Source: Eledone cirrhosa (taxonomy: Eukaryota). Taken from it: DNA of 64,000 nt. Shown here piece by piece: positions 24,864-37,974 of this stretch. How positions within the stretch are numbered: position 1 is the stretch's first letter; the number at the start of each line of letters is the position of its first letter. The position numbers and the translations under genes were made by a program. The notes beneath the pieces were generated by a model. The model had not been told where the DNA came from and did no database searches. It saw only the letters and a list, made by a program, of their open reading frames with translations. Location: NCBI GenBank assembly GCA_964016885.1, contig OZ024748.1, positions 20,336,001 through 20,400,000 of the forward strand, in the 5' to 3' direction.

Positions 24864-25372
24864 ATACACTCTAGGTGAGTTTCACTTTAATTTATTATTA
24901 GTTGAGTAACTAATCCATTTAATGGTTAGTTTAGTAACTGATTGGTTGCTTAATTGTTAATTGTCAAAACTCTTTCATCACACACCCTGTGACTTTCTCA
25001 GTTACTATTTTTGTATCTCTTTGGTGTATCCTCTTTATTCTGGTCTTACAAAGAGTAGGACCCAGTAGAGCAAGAAGAGAAAGAGAGAGAAAGAGAGAGA
25101 GAGAGAGATAGGGGGTGAGAGATGGAGAGAGAGAGAGATGGGGGAAAGAGAGTGAGAGAGATGAGGGGAGAGAGAGATGGAGGAAAGAGAGTGAGGTAGA
25201 GGGATAGATAGATGGTAAGAGGGAGAAAGAAAGATGGGAGCAGAGAGAGATGGCGGAAAGGGAGATAGATAGATAGAGAAAGCGAGTGAGTGTGAGAAAA
25301 TGAGAGAGAAAGTGATGATGAAAAATTTACAATGTATGTTCCTCTTATTTGATGTTAATATTAAACACAAAC

Positions 25373-25487
25373 CTTCCTCAAGTTGATCCCCAGCATCCAT
25401 CAGTTTGATAATATCTCTACTTCTGAAGCACAGTAATGGTGGGTCTTTAACAATGTAATCCTTCATACCTAAGGCAAACTTACTACC
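25373..25487 (-). CDS. MYO15: MYO15-like exon, SH3 N-half (GSKFALGMKDYIVKDPPLLCFRSRDIIKL...)
   Basis: 115 nt, phase 0-1; DY...D..LL.F...DII SH3 motif. Confidence 0.94.
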
Positions 25488-26233
25488 CTGAAAAGAAATT
25501 GGAAATAGTACAGACAGTTATATCACATCACACACATGCATAATATAACTACTCCATTACCAAAAGTTTCTGAATCAAATAGCTCTGTTCTATACATAGA
25601 GCATTCTTTTTTCCTTTGGGATTACATCACCTTGACCACCTCACCTTGACCGACCAGCCTGTCGGGCGCCATTCGGTGCTGCTGGTCACAGCATGTGCTG
25701 TTTTAGCCATACAATGACGCCATCCCACTGGCTGGGTCTAAGTCTAAAGCCTGTCTTAAGCCACAAGGCTCATTTTGGCCGGTGCTTATCCTGGTTTCAT
25801 GGCATGAAGCGACTGAGAGTACAAGACTCCCCTCTGGACAGGATGCCAGTCCATTGCAGGGTCAAACCTCCAGCTATTGCTGGTACTCATTTTCAGCTGA
25901 GTATACTGGAGCAACATGAAATAAAGTGTCTTGCTCAAGGAAACAACACATCACCCGGTCCAAGAATTGAACTCACAACCTTTCAATTGTAAGCCTACTG
26001 CTCTAACCACTAAGCCATGCGCCTTCACATATTACATATATATATATATATATATATACACAAACCCAAATATAACAGAAGGTTTTTTTTATATATCCAA
26101 TATGGTAAAAAATATAGGAAAATGAAGTTGAAAATGCAATTAGAGTTTTCAAGAAGACATCACAACATAGTCACACATTCCTCTATCTCACTTAATGTTT
26201 GAAAATCATCCAATTGTGAAATTGGTTAAGTTA

Positions 26234-27364
26234 TCTATACATATATATAAAACTGTAGTTGTCTGTGTGTGTGTGTGTGTTCTCATTTTTGCAAAATCTA
26301 TACAAATCCACATTTCTACTCCGATTGACTTCAAACTTGCTTTTATATATTCCTTGCGGTCCAAAGATATTAACTGCAGCTTTTATTTTTCAATTTTCTG
26401 TTGTTAAAGGGGTGTTAGGCACCGGTTATCGATCTCTATCGCGCCCTTATAATATCTGTCTGTATGTCTGCCTGTCTGCATTACGACATTATGACAAACA
26501 TTGATGACATATTATGTTCGCTATTTTCCATTCATTGCTAGGGAACGTCTTCACAAACCAAAGTATCGTCTTCCTGTTTTCCTTCGGTTGCAACGTTTTT
26601 TGAAATATTTACTTCTGCGTTCACAGATTGGGTTTTTAGTTTCAGAAAATATCGTTAAGAGTGAAAGCAGCGAGATTCTTTGCTTAAACTTTAATCTGTT
26701 ATTTTAATATATAATATAAGCGAGGCAAGCCAGCTCAGTTGCCACTTTTTGCCAATAAACATTAATCCTTTGTGCGTCATTCATCTAACTGTAGACCAAC
26801 AAATACCAACTAAACGGAGCATTGACAAGAACGATGGCGAATGAATCTTCGAGGTAAGCAGTTTCCTCCCGAGCTGTTACCGAACAACGTACTGCTGGTC
26901 ACTCCTTCCTCCAAAAGACGTACAAAGCGGACATGTGCATCGGGCAGATGGATCGGGTGCAAATCTCAACCAGGCCTACGCAAGAAATTCACAAGGGACT
27001 GCACCAAGAGGGATAGAGAGAAAGAGTAACTTAGTGGAAAGAGTGCGAATGAACTTGAGGTAAGTAGCCTACGCCTTACTGCTATTGCACTGGAACCTTC
27101 TGCCAACTTAACCTGTGACTTTCTCTTTTACATTTACTCCAAAAGGCCAAAACAGAGGAGTATGAAAAGAAGGGCTCAAGAATATTTCTATGAACAATGC
27201 ACGTAGACAGCTAAACTGTTCTTTCAACTTCTTAATTTTCTCCACATAAAACAAGTTTCCTGTCGGTATATTTCCATGAATTCTTAACAGGGGCTCACAA
27301 ATAAACATTTCTCATTGGAGGTGCTATTACCAATGTTCTTACCCAAGCAACAGGATACTGCTAG
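26234..27364 (+). mobile_element. Non-autonomous Helitron (related to 11818-13140)
   Basis: A|TC 5' end, decayed hairpin cccaagcaacagg, CTAG|T; shared blocks cgcccttataatatctgtc and gcttaaactttaatctgttattttaa. Confidence 0.72.
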
Positions 27365-28202
27365 TTATTAATAAATCTTCTTAAAGAATCCACTTGTATT
27401 TTCAATTTTTTTTTCCTATATATATATATATACACACACACACACTTGTGATGAGCTTCTTTACAGATTTTTCCTACCAACTTCACTTTCAAGGATTAGT
27501 CAGCTTGAGGCTATAGTAAAAGATGCATGCAGTGGAATAGAAGCTAAGGAAGCAAGCAGTGGAATAGAACCCTAAAATCATGTGGTTGCAAAATGAACCT
27601 CTTAACAATACACCCATGTCAGCAACAAGTTTATTACTAAAATTGACTAAAATCTTCAAACTAGAACGCACCCATTAAAGCAAGGCACATACTATGTAAG
27701 AAGGTTATAGTATATATGTATTATTAGAAAACTGAAATGACTGCATTTAAATAAACAATCCTGGTCAAAAAGCCCTGTTGAAGTAGTTAAATTTAAGCTA
27801 ACGTACTTTCAAAAAACTGTATTTAACACTTACGTGTAACTCCATAAATCTCCTTCTATTAAAGAAGGTTTAATGTGTAACTCCATAACTCCCCTTCTAT
27901 TAAAGAAGGTTTAAAGTGTAACTCCACAATTTCAATAATTCATTAAATCTTTATCATTTACATTACCTATATATACTATTGTATTTTCGCAGTAAAGGCT
28001 TTATCTCACATAATATCGAATCTGTGAGAATTTGATATTATTTATTTTGAGAACACTACCTTAATATCAGTGTGAGTGGGCCTGCTACAGCTGGTTTGAA
28101 TAGAAAGAGGTGAGAGAAAAATGGCCGGATACGGCCGGTTTAAATGCTAAAGGGTTAAACAACACACTCAAAGAAAGAAAAGGTTCAATCTGTAAAACTT
28201 AC

Positions 28203-28253
28203 TTCTTCATTTTCCTTACTGTATTCCTCAATCATTGCTGCTAATTCTTTATC
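28203..28253 (-). CDS. MYO15: MYO15-like exon (DKELAAMIEEYSKENEE)
   Basis: 51 nt, phase 0-0; helix before the SH3 domain. Confidence 0.87.
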
Positions 28254-29035
28254 CTGAAATACCATAATATATCAAAGTGTTTCTATATTATTAAAGGCAA
28301 TCCATGTAGTATATGGGACACAATTTGGGATTAGCAACTGCCAATAAACATTTTCAATATTAGCACAAATGCTATCTAAGTAAAAGGGAAACATTAACAG
28401 TCTACCAACAACAGCAATAATAATAATTGTTTCTACTTTTGGCACAAGGCAACAAATTACCCCATTGTATTATTGGTACTTTATTTTCTCAACCCCATAA
28501 GGATGACAGGCAAAATTAATCTCGGCAGTATTTGAACTCAGACTGTAAAGAAATGTAACTATGCTGGAAAGCATGGCGTCCGACCTTCTACCAATCCTAC
28601 CAATCCACCGCTCTTACAACAATAATAATGATGATAATTCTTTCTTTATTGACCAGAAGGGCCTTAAAATAAAATGTCTTTCTTTATCATAATGAGTTCT
28701 AATTTTGATACAATGCCAGCAAGTTTGAGGGGAGGGGAAAGTTGATCATATCAATCCCCATACTTGAGCATAAGTTCAACTTAGCCTTTTATCACTTCTG
28801 GATCAATAAACAAACCACTTGGGTCATTTTTTTTTCTATTCCCCTTTTCTTTCTGAAAAAAATTGGTTGTATTCAGACTTGGAAAAGGTTAGGCTCAATC
28901 AAGTTTAAAATATCTAAGACATTCCATATGTGACAGTGATGTTCCTGTCACTATACCAAGTGTTAAGGGCTCATGGAAAGAAGAATGATTGAACAAAAAG
29001 TGGAAAAAAGTAAACAAAACAAAAAGAATATTTAC

Positions 29036-29126
29036 CCATTTGGTGTAAAGGAGAACTCCTTTTTGATGCATTGTTAACTGAACAATACCCTCAGAACGAC
29101 GGACAACATCGACAATATCTTCAAAC
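29036..29126 (-). CDS. MYO15: MYO15-like exon (FEDIVDVVRRSEGIVQLTMHQKGVLLYTKW)
   Basis: 91 nt, phase 2-0, canonical sites. Confidence 0.9.
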
Positions 29127-29673
29127 CTACAAAGTAACCAAGATGTAACACTGAATCAATATCATATTAGGGTTGTTTAAATAATAGTTAGGCACAAGGC
29201 CAACAATTTTTTCTGGAGAAAAGTCAATTAAATCAACCCCCGTGCATTACTGATACTTTATTTTATCAACCTCATAAGGATGAAAGGCAAAGCTAACCTT
29301 GATGGGATTGTTTAAATAATAACACTGTTTCAGAAAGATAAAAAGAACAAGTAATTGATTATTTTCAAAACAGAATATTGATCATCCATATACTATTGAT
29401 CATCATTTAGCATTTATGATAAGTGCAATAACTTAATTCTTTTTACTGCTTGTGTGTTTTATGTTAAGTTCTATGCATAGGAACATAATATTGGTAACCT
29501 ATGCACTTAAGAAGCCATGCTCATAACAAAACACAAACCCACTATTCTCAACTGACATTACTGGGCAGCAGTATACAAATAGCATTCCCATATATATATA
29601 TATATATATCATCATCATCATCACCATTTAACATCTATTTTCCCATGTTAGCAAGGGTTAGACACACACACAT

Positions 29674-29712
<39 letters not shown>

Positions 29713-29717
29713 CGTAC

Positions 29718-29833
29718 TTAAATCCTTCAACAACATTAAGTTGGTCTTCTATGAATGCCTGTTCTCGGGAAATCAAGTAGACTCCACTATGACTCACTCC
29801 AATATATTTTACAGTTGGGTATTTATCAGTGCT
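29718..29833 (-). CDS. MYO15: MYO15-like exon (STDKYPTVKYIGVSHSGVYLISRE...)
   Basis: 116 nt, phase 0-2; VSH.G motif of the FERM F3-like lobe. Confidence 0.92.
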
Positions 29834-30794
29834 CTGCAAGAAAGAATTAAGAAGCTTATATATACATATAGATAGTTAATTAGTTAATTGTTTTATAATC
29901 TCTTCAGAGGGCCGATTGATTGTGGAGGATCAATATATCAACTAGCATGGTAGTGGTTACATTTCTACCTGTTTCTAGTTTTGAAATTCCTGTTCAATCA
30001 ACCGTCTTCCTCAGAAACCATATACATATATTTAAAAAAAGGTAAACACAGAGATACAAAACAATTGATGTTATTAGCTTCATGTTTAGATGAAAGATTG
30101 AACAAAAGAGTTCAACATATCAGGCTTTAGCCCTTCATCAGCAGATAGAAGATAAAATAACATTTTTTAGAAACAAAATATCATTAAAACATGTAACTTA
30201 GGAGGACAAGTTAATCTTGAAATGAAAGAAAGACAGTTACAGTTGTTAAGGGAACAAATATACATTTACATATATGTGTGTATGTGTATGTGTGTTTGTG
30301 AGTATGTGAGTGTATCTTTTGCAGAGAAATATTGATGAGGAAACCAAAAAAGTGAAGCTTTTGACTAAAAATATCCTGTGTGGATATTTTGTTCTATCGA
30401 GTTTGATAACTCCTTGTCACTCTTGTCTAGACATAGAAATTTGGGCCCTACATTTTACATGTAGCCTGAGCCTACTAAAAGCCTATTATTTTCATCTAGC
30501 TTAGGGCTATGTATTCTATTTAGCCTGGGGTTATTACAAGCTTGGGGTGGTGGGGGTATATTTTACACCTGGTCAGAATTTAGTACAAGCTTTGAGTAGA
30601 AATATGTATTTTACATCTGGCCTAAGCCTATTACAATCTTATGTGGAGTTGGGCCAGTATTTTATATCTTATTTCGATCTATTACCAGCCTGTGTAAATC
30701 TGTTGTTGTTGGCAACATATAAATCTGTTAATATACAAAACCTATCTTTGTTAAAAATATATGTTCTGAATAACAAATATTTAGCTGTACATAC

Positions 30795-30916
30795 AGTAAT
30801 AGGGTAGAGTCTGCAGAAGTAGGTTGGCCATTCTTTGGCAGTATCCACAATGATTCTCTTCAATTTTTCTCGTAAAGGTGCATTAAAGAAATTTCTTTGG
30901 TTCACACCGTTGCTTT
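30795..30916 (-). CDS. MYO15: MYO15-like exon (SNGV...IVDTAKEWPTYFCRLYPIT)
   Basis: 122 nt, phase 1-0; W..YF.R.YP motif. Confidence 0.93.
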
Positions 30917-30979
30917 CTGAAAACATTAAAACAAAATTGAACAATTTTTTTATATTAATTTGATTATGTTGTGTGTGTT

Positions 30980-31335
30980 CCAGGTTTTAGAAATATTTTG
31001 TATCCCAATTTTAGAAATGTGTGTGTTGCAGTTTTTAGAAATGTTGCATGTGTCTCAGTCTTTAGAAATTTGTATGTGTCCCAGTTTCAGAAATTTGTAT
31101 GTGTCCCAGTTTTTAGAAATGTGTGTGTCCCATTTTTTAGAAACGTTGTGTGTCCCCCAGTTTTAGAACTGTGTGTGTCCCATATTTTGGAAATGTTGCA
31201 TGTGTCCCAGTTTTAGAAATGTGATGACAATGATGATGATGATGACAATGATACTGATGAAAATAATGATGATGACAATGATGATGATGAAAATGATGAC
31301 AATGATAATGATGATGATGATAATGATGATGATGA
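30980..31335. repeat. Degenerate ~24-bp minisatellite followed by (GAT)n
   Basis: Repeated ccagtttttagaaatgtgtgtgtc. Confidence 0.85.
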
Positions 31336-31379
31336 AGAGGTACTTATGTTTTCATTGAGCTGCAATGAATACTTCTTAC

Positions 31380-31515
31380 CAAGCAAACTGCGCATTTTCA
31401 CCCGCTGTTCTTTGTTGATACGGATACATCCTGAATTAAACACATCTCTGACCACTTGACAAAATACAAGATTAAGAATTTCTGCGTAATCCAACCTTTG
31501 TTTAGGAGAAAATAC
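31380..31515 (-). CDS. MYO15: MYO15-like exon, FERM-like region (VFSPKQRL...LVFCQVVRD...CIRINKEQRVKMRSLL)
   Basis: 136 nt, phase 0-1; matches the L.F.Q...D...C.RI...R..M pattern. Confidence 0.93.
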
Positions 31516-32576
31516 CTACAATAAAAGTTTGATAAAAAATACTTGCATTAATTAAATAGGGCAGTAGGGCAGAGGATTGGCAGTATCGGTAGAGAGTCGG
31601 ACATTATGCTTTGCAGCATAGAGTTACAATCCTTTATGATCTGAGTTCAAACCCGCCGAGGTTAACTTTGACTTTCATCCTTACGGGGTCAATAAAATAA
31701 AGCACCAGTAATGTACTGGGTCGATTTAATCGACTTTCCGCTCCCCCCAAATTACTGGCCTTGTGCCTATACTAGAAGTCATTAATTAAATAGGGTGGTT
31801 GATGGGTAGTAGAATCAGTAAAGTGTTAGACAACATTCTTTCTGGCATATTGTTACTTCCCTTTACATTCTAAGTTGAAATCTTGCCAAGGTTAGCTTTG
31901 CCTTTCATCCTTATGGAGTCAATAAAATAAAGTACTAGTAATGCACTGGGGTTGATTTAATCATTGAATTAATCCCCAAAAATTGTTGGCCTTCTACCTA
32001 AATCAGAAACCATTAATTGAATAGATTTATATCCAAACTTAACATCCTGTGCGACATGAAACCACATTAGAGAAAACATTTTTGAAAACGCACAAAACAG
32101 CACTCGACTACATCACATTAAATATTGAAGTTCCTATTCTAACATTGCACATTCTCATTACAATCTGTCCACTAATAAGGATGCTATAAGGATTTGAATC
32201 AACAAACCTGTTTTTAGATATTTTCTGCTAAATCATTAGAGGATATTAAGAGTTAATAATTTTGTTACCATATTTATAATGAAAGGCACTGTCTCTGATT
32301 TTCAAATAATTTTGAAAATAATGAAGATTTTGTAAAGGTGTAATAATATAGCTGATTTTGATTGGAGCATACCTTAATGAAATTTATTACGTAAAATTAT
32401 AATAGAAGGTTTTAAGATAAATATAAACACTTTAAAATCAACAGCTTTAAATCAAAACACTAAGGACAGTTTCAGACAGTTTACTATTAAAAGGGTTGAA
32501 TAAAATCATAATTAATTGATCCTCCTGTATTTTCTTTCACCCAAAGCCAGGAACTTTTCAGCCTTCCTCGTGTACA

Positions 32577-32920
32577 GTATATTGCCAAATATACTATACA
32601 TACATTCATTATACATCGCTATTTCAGAGCACCAATATTAATACCTAATTTTTGCTGGACTGGCAATCACAATGTATAATCAGCTCCTGATTATTACTGG
32701 AATTCTATAAGAATCCAGCTTCTATAATTTTCGGCGGAAGCAGGGGAGTGCATGGTTCTGATGAACGCCAACCAGCATGAAACAGACTGTCAGCTTCTCT
32801 CCCTTCTTTCGCCGAAAAGAAGTGACATAGTCACTTCTTTAAAACTGATAGCAAATGGTCTTCTAAATGTTTTTAATTAATCATATGGTATATTGCCAAA
32901 TATACTATACATACATTCAT
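32577..32920 (+). mobile_element. Retrozyme-like unit: 311-bp monomer plus 33-bp terminal direct repeat
   Basis: gtatattgccaaatatactatacatacattcat at 32577 and 32888; internal hammerhead; ends in (TA)n; homologous to ~12340-12590. Confidence 0.62.
32728..32817 (+). ncRNA. Type I hammerhead ribozyme motif with extended stem I, inside a 311-bp retrozyme-like unit
   Basis: ggtt-CTGATGA-acgc..gcat-GAAA-cagactg-TC-agct (GUC site), flanked by complementary tttcggcggaag...ggggag / ctctccc...tttcgccgaaa. Confidence 0.75.
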
Positions 32921-33964
32921 ATATATATATATATATATATATATCCACCAAAACTCAGGAAATTGACGTTCCTCTTTTTGAGAAATGCCACGTGACCTCA
33001 CTGCCAAACTTACAGTCAAATGGCAGTGATGTCTCAGAACCCAAAGAAAGTGGATACGTGGAGCGAAAATCCTGTTGATGAAGGGATATCCCTGTTCCCT
33101 CTTAGGAACCGGTGGATTGGCAGTATAGGTAGAGGGTCGGACGCCATGCTTTCCAGCATAGTTACGTCCCTTTACGATCTGAGTTCAAATCCCGCTGAGG
33201 TTGACTTTGCCTTTCATCCTTACGGGGTTGATAAAATAAAGTACCAGTAATGCACTGGGTAATTGCTGGCCTTGTGCCTAAAGTAGAAACAATTATTAAC
33301 TTGCATGTACGTTACGCAACTTGGAATGTACCTTCCGGATTCCAAGAAAGCCATCAAAAATATTTATTGATTAATATCTATCGATCAGGTCCAGGTTTGT
33401 CTTTGACTTGTTTGTATATTTTGTTGTTGTAGTATCAATGTGGCAACATGCCATTATTCATGGTGTCACTATTTCCTAACTTTTTATGTTCACTCCAAGG
33501 AGAAATTTATTTATTTTTCTCTCATTGAGTGCTTTGTAACAGTCTTCGATGATTCGATTGCTCATCTGCTATTGTGCAGCTGTAACTTTGATTATACTCA
33601 TTATTATAAATAGCCGAAGCATAGAGTTACGGCTCTTTACGGTCTGAGTTCAAATCCCGCCGTGGTTAACTTTGCCTTTCATCCTTACAGGGTTGATAAA
33701 ATAAAGTACCAGTAATGCGCTGGGTTAATTGCTGGCCTTGTGCCAAAAGTAGAAACAATTATTATTATTATATATAGAGAGAGAGACCCCAGAAGGATGA
33801 AAGGAAAAAGTGACTTCATATTTGTGAAAAAAACTTCTTATCTACTTAGTCATGCCTGAAACCTGACAGAACAGAATAAATCATCATCATAGTTTAACGT
33901 CCATTTTTTTCTATGCTAGCATGGGTTAGATGAATAAATAAATACATTAAAGAAGAAATCTTAC

Positions 33965-34182
33965 TTCTTTCCTCAGGCGTAGAGTACATGGTATATCTTG
34001 ATATGTTAGGAAGAGTTCGTTAACTTGGGGATAAAGTTTTGTCTTGATATTCTCCATAGCAACTGCATCAATTATTTGAGTTGATACCTGCGATTTCTGT
34101 GACTGAGAAAGCTGGGGAGAAATTGGTGGTGGTGGTGGTGGTGGTGGTGGTGGTGGTGGCGCTGCTATAAATTCAGTAGCAC
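33965..34182 (-). CDS. MYO15: MYO15-like exon (poly-Pro...LFLTYQDIPCTLRLRKE)
   Basis: 218 nt, phase 1-0; LRKE joins VF of the next exon as in MYO15; other in-frame AGs lie 18-21 nt inside, so the acceptor is approximate. Confidence 0.88.
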
Positions 34183-35032
34183 CTGAATCCAAAATAGAAT
34201 AGAATTAACATCATTAAATTTATATATATTCACACAATAGGAAGCAAAAAAATTGTCATTCTATAGAGATTTCCATTTAAATAAGGATAATTCTAGTTTA
34301 GCAGCACTGCCACAAGTTAAGCAACAAATTATCTCTGTCGTAATTATATTCCTGGTGATATTTTCAAGAATTTACTAATACTCTTTATTGTTTTATTATT
34401 AAGATAGTATTCGGCTGGTGGATTGGCAGAATCAGTAGAGGGTCAGATGCCATGCTTTGCAGCATAGAGTTACGGCCCTTTATGTTCTGAGTTGAAATAT
34501 TGCCAAGGTTAACTTTGCCTTTCATCCTTACAGGTTCGATAAAATAAAGCCCCAATAACACACTGGGGTCGATTTAATTGACTTTCCCCTCACCCAAAAT
34601 TTGGTGGCCTTGTGCCTAAATCAGAAACCATTATTAAGATGGTATTCATAACATGACTTAACAAGTGCTTAAAGCCTCAAGCCACCACATAGTCAGGGAA
34701 TGGAGCCCACAATCTTAGGATCATAAACCTAACACCACTAAGATAAGCACTTTCTTTTGATTAAGCCATAAAAACTAAAGGTGAGGTTTTTCTGGTGAAT
34801 AATGTAAGTCTTTCTTTCATAATTCATTTTTTATTTTAGAAATATTCCATTAAGTGAAATACAGGATATATCAAAAATAATTTTGAAATCGGATGATTCT
34901 TTTTGATACGCCCTGTACATTTAAACATTTAGAGTAATCTCAATATTTTTATAGTTCTGTCTTGCCACCAAAACGGCACAAAATATATCTTTGAAAGAAA
35001 CTATTTGAAATAGATATTACCAAAATACTTAC

Positions 35033-35168
35033 GTGATTCAATTTCTGGTGATAGTTCTTCATTTTCTTTATCCTCAGGTAGATCATTGTCTATTTGAGGG
35101 TAAGAGGACATTTTTCTTTCGAGCATTAATATTGTGGCACTGTGATGTGTGTTGGTTAGAGAGTTTGA
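35033..35168 (-). CDS. MYO15: MYO15-like exon (SNSLTNTHHSATILMLERK...SPEIES)
   Basis: 136 nt, phase 0-1; needed to bridge the phases of its neighbours. Confidence 0.83.
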
Positions 35169-35622
35169 CTTTTGTAACAGGAGTAGAGTAATAAAACAGA
35201 AGAGATGTCATAAGTTACTGTAAGGGGTTATTTTGTGACAGGAGTGGAGTAATAAAACAGATATCATAAGTTACTGTAAGGGGTTACTTTGATCAATGAA
35301 AGATTACAAACAAAAAGAAGACAAAAAAGGTGCAAACTCTACAAGATACAATAATGACAGATGAGCAATGACACTGAATAAAAACTGCTACAAGGTGGAA
35401 GGGACTCATTAGTTCAATAAAGATATTCTCTTTAGTGTTGATGGTACACTATAAAAGAATCAAGTCTATACTGTAAAGTAGTTGATGATAAGAAGGGCAT
35501 TCAGCCAAAATAACCATGTCAAAAAAGGAAAACTGCAGTAACTCTGTATAACAACTATTACAAGGTAGAAAAAGATGTCTCTTTAATCCAGTTGAAGATG
35601 TTCTTAATAGTTCTGATATCAC

Positions 35623-36183
35623 TAACCCTTTAGCATTTAAACTGGCTGAATCTGGTCAGAATCCTCTCACCTCTTTCTATTTAAACCGGCTGTAACTGGC
35701 CACTCATACTTACGTCAAGGTATTGTTCTCAAAATAAATAACATCAAAATCTCATGGATTCGATATTATGGAGGCACATGGCTTAGTGGTTAGAGCATTG
35801 GCCTTGCAATCGAAAGGTTGTGAGTTCAATTCTCAGACCGAGTGATGTGTTGTTTCCTCGAGCAAGACACTTTATTTCACATTGCTCCAGTTTACTCAGC
35901 TGTAGGAATGAGATGATAGGGACTGGGGTCCCTATCATTCCACTGCAAAGTGGTCGTGTAGGTGCCACGGCAAAATAAAACCCAGCACTCACTGTAAATG
36001 AGGTTGGTGTTAGGAAGGGCATCCAGCTGTAGAAATCAAGCCAGAATCAATTCCCGTCCCACCCTTGCAAGCAGGGAAAAGCAGACGTAAAGTGATGATG
36101 ATGATGATGATTATGTAAGATAAAGCCTTTACCACAAAAAATACAATAGTATATATAGAGTAATGTAAATGCTAAAGGGTTAA
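35623..36183. mobile_element. piggyBac-like MITE with a nested second-family SINE (~35770-36110)
   Basis: Terminal inverted repeats at both ends; SINE flanked by attatg on both sides. Confidence 0.78.
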
Positions 36184-36507
36184 ATAGGGTGTGTCCAAAC
36201 ATAGCCTTGTGGTTAAAGAGTTTACTTCCCGATCACATGGTTTTGGGTTCCATCTCACTGTATGGCACCTTGGAGAAGTGTCTTATTATAATCTCAGGTT
36301 GACCAATGCCTTAATAGACTATGAACCTTCCTTATAATAAACAAGTAAAGGTTGGTTTCAGGAAGGCCATCTAGTCATAGAATACTGCCTCAAAAGACTC
36401 AACCAACTCTTGCATGCATAAAAAAGTTGAGAAAAAAAAAATGAATTCAAACAATGAGGGTTACTTTGGGGGCTAAACAACAACAACAACAATAGCATGT
36501 TCCCTAC

Positions 36508-37163
36508 CTTTTCTGATCTTTTAAGACTTGTCTGGTTTTGCTCATCTCTCTTTTCTTTTGGTGTTGGTTGCCACTTTTTTTTTCCACCAATTTTTTTATT
36601 GAACTCATTGGCAAGATTTTCATCAATATCCAACTTGCCTACCTCAACAGTATTTTTCCTATGCTCCTGAACAGGGGGCGGCCATACCACCTTACCAACC
36701 CGAATACATCTGACAGTTCCCTTTATGTCCCGAAAAGTCCCAGGACTATTCTCCTCAGCAGGTACTTGTGGACGAGGAGGTGGTGGTGGTGGTGGGACTG
36801 CGTTTTGTTGGTATTCAAACTGTTCATGTTGTTCTTCTAATGGTGATGATGGTGGTGACATAGTGAAGCGTGTTACTTGTAGTTTGGGTGATAACCTTGC
36901 TTTTGAATTCACTGCATGTCCATTTATGGTAACCTTCTCGGTCGGTTCGTTCTGTACCTCGACTGATTTAGAGACAACAAAGCTGTTCACCTTCATCACT
37001 TTGGTGCCGCCAATGATCTTCTTTGTCTTTGGTGCCATTGCTGTTACTTTTCCAGAAGACAGAAAAACTGAATCATTACCATCATCATCATCCTCAGTAC
37101 TCACAGTACTGCCATTAGTAAATGAATTTCCTCTGAGATCTGCAGACTTTTCAAAAAAAGATG
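36508..37163 (-). CDS. MYO15: MYO15-like exon, Pro-rich linker with RVGKVVWPPP motif
   Basis: 656 nt, phase 1-0, open frame; tttcag/gtaggg. Confidence 0.9.
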
Positions 37164-37640
37164 CTGAAATTGAAAATTGTAAAAAGATAGAAAAACCCCC
37201 AAATCAATATATAATCAATTACAATCTTCAAGTTTATAAGTATATTTTGCTGTGTCTGTTTCTAAAATAAATAAACTATTATTATCATTAGGGATTGGCA
37301 GTATCAGTAGAGCATCAGACATCATGCTTTTCAGAATAGAGCTATGGCCCTTTGAGTTCTGAGTTCAAATCCTGCTGAGGTTAGCTTTGTTTTTCATCCT
37401 TACGGGGTCGATAAAATAAAGTACCAGTAATGCACTAGGTAATTGCTGGCCTTGTGCCTAAAGTAGAAACAGTTATTTAACTGGGTGGAGTGTTTGAGGA
37501 TTCTGCCCCTACGACTCTCTCTGGGAGAAGAAGAAGAAGAAGAAGAAGAAGAAAAGAAAGAAAGAAAAGAAAAGAAAAGAAGAAGAAGAAGAAGAAGAAG
37601 AAGAAGAAGAAGAAGAAGAAGAAGAATTAATACTACTTAC

Positions 37641-37974
37641 ATCTATTAACAACTGGTGGTTGTTTCTTTGTGATTTCTTCATCTGATGTATTCTCTTGAG
37701 ACAACCATGATGTTCTTTTAACTTTTGGTTTGGGAAACACTTTGGGTGGTATTTTAAAATTGTTTGGCTCCACAGAATTTGTTACAGGCGTTAGACCATT
37801 ACTGATAGGTGCATTTACAAATGAAGGGGATTGTTGTTGAAGCTGGCTTTGAAACTGTGATAGCTGCTGTTGCTGGAGGGCAGCTTGGAATAAAGCATTC
37901 TGTTGTTGTTGCTGTTGTTGCAGTGCTGCTTGTACGAAACTCTGCTGCTGCTGCTGCTGTTGTTGTTGAGCTTG
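37641..37974 (-). CDS. MYO15: MYO15-like exon, poly-Gln linker (QAQQQQ...PPKVFPKPK...PPVVNR)
   Basis: 334 nt, phase 0-1, canonical sites. Confidence 0.87.

Noticed and set aside
29955-30018. Minus-strand CTGAGGA...GAAAcaggTA hammerhead-like string
   Set aside because: Stem II and stem I pair poorly; it may be a decayed copy but is not supportable.
30108-30146. Minus-strand CTGATGA-agggctaaagcct-GATA motif
   Set aside because: GAAA is mutated and stems I and III are not recoverable; at most a relic, so not listed as a feature.
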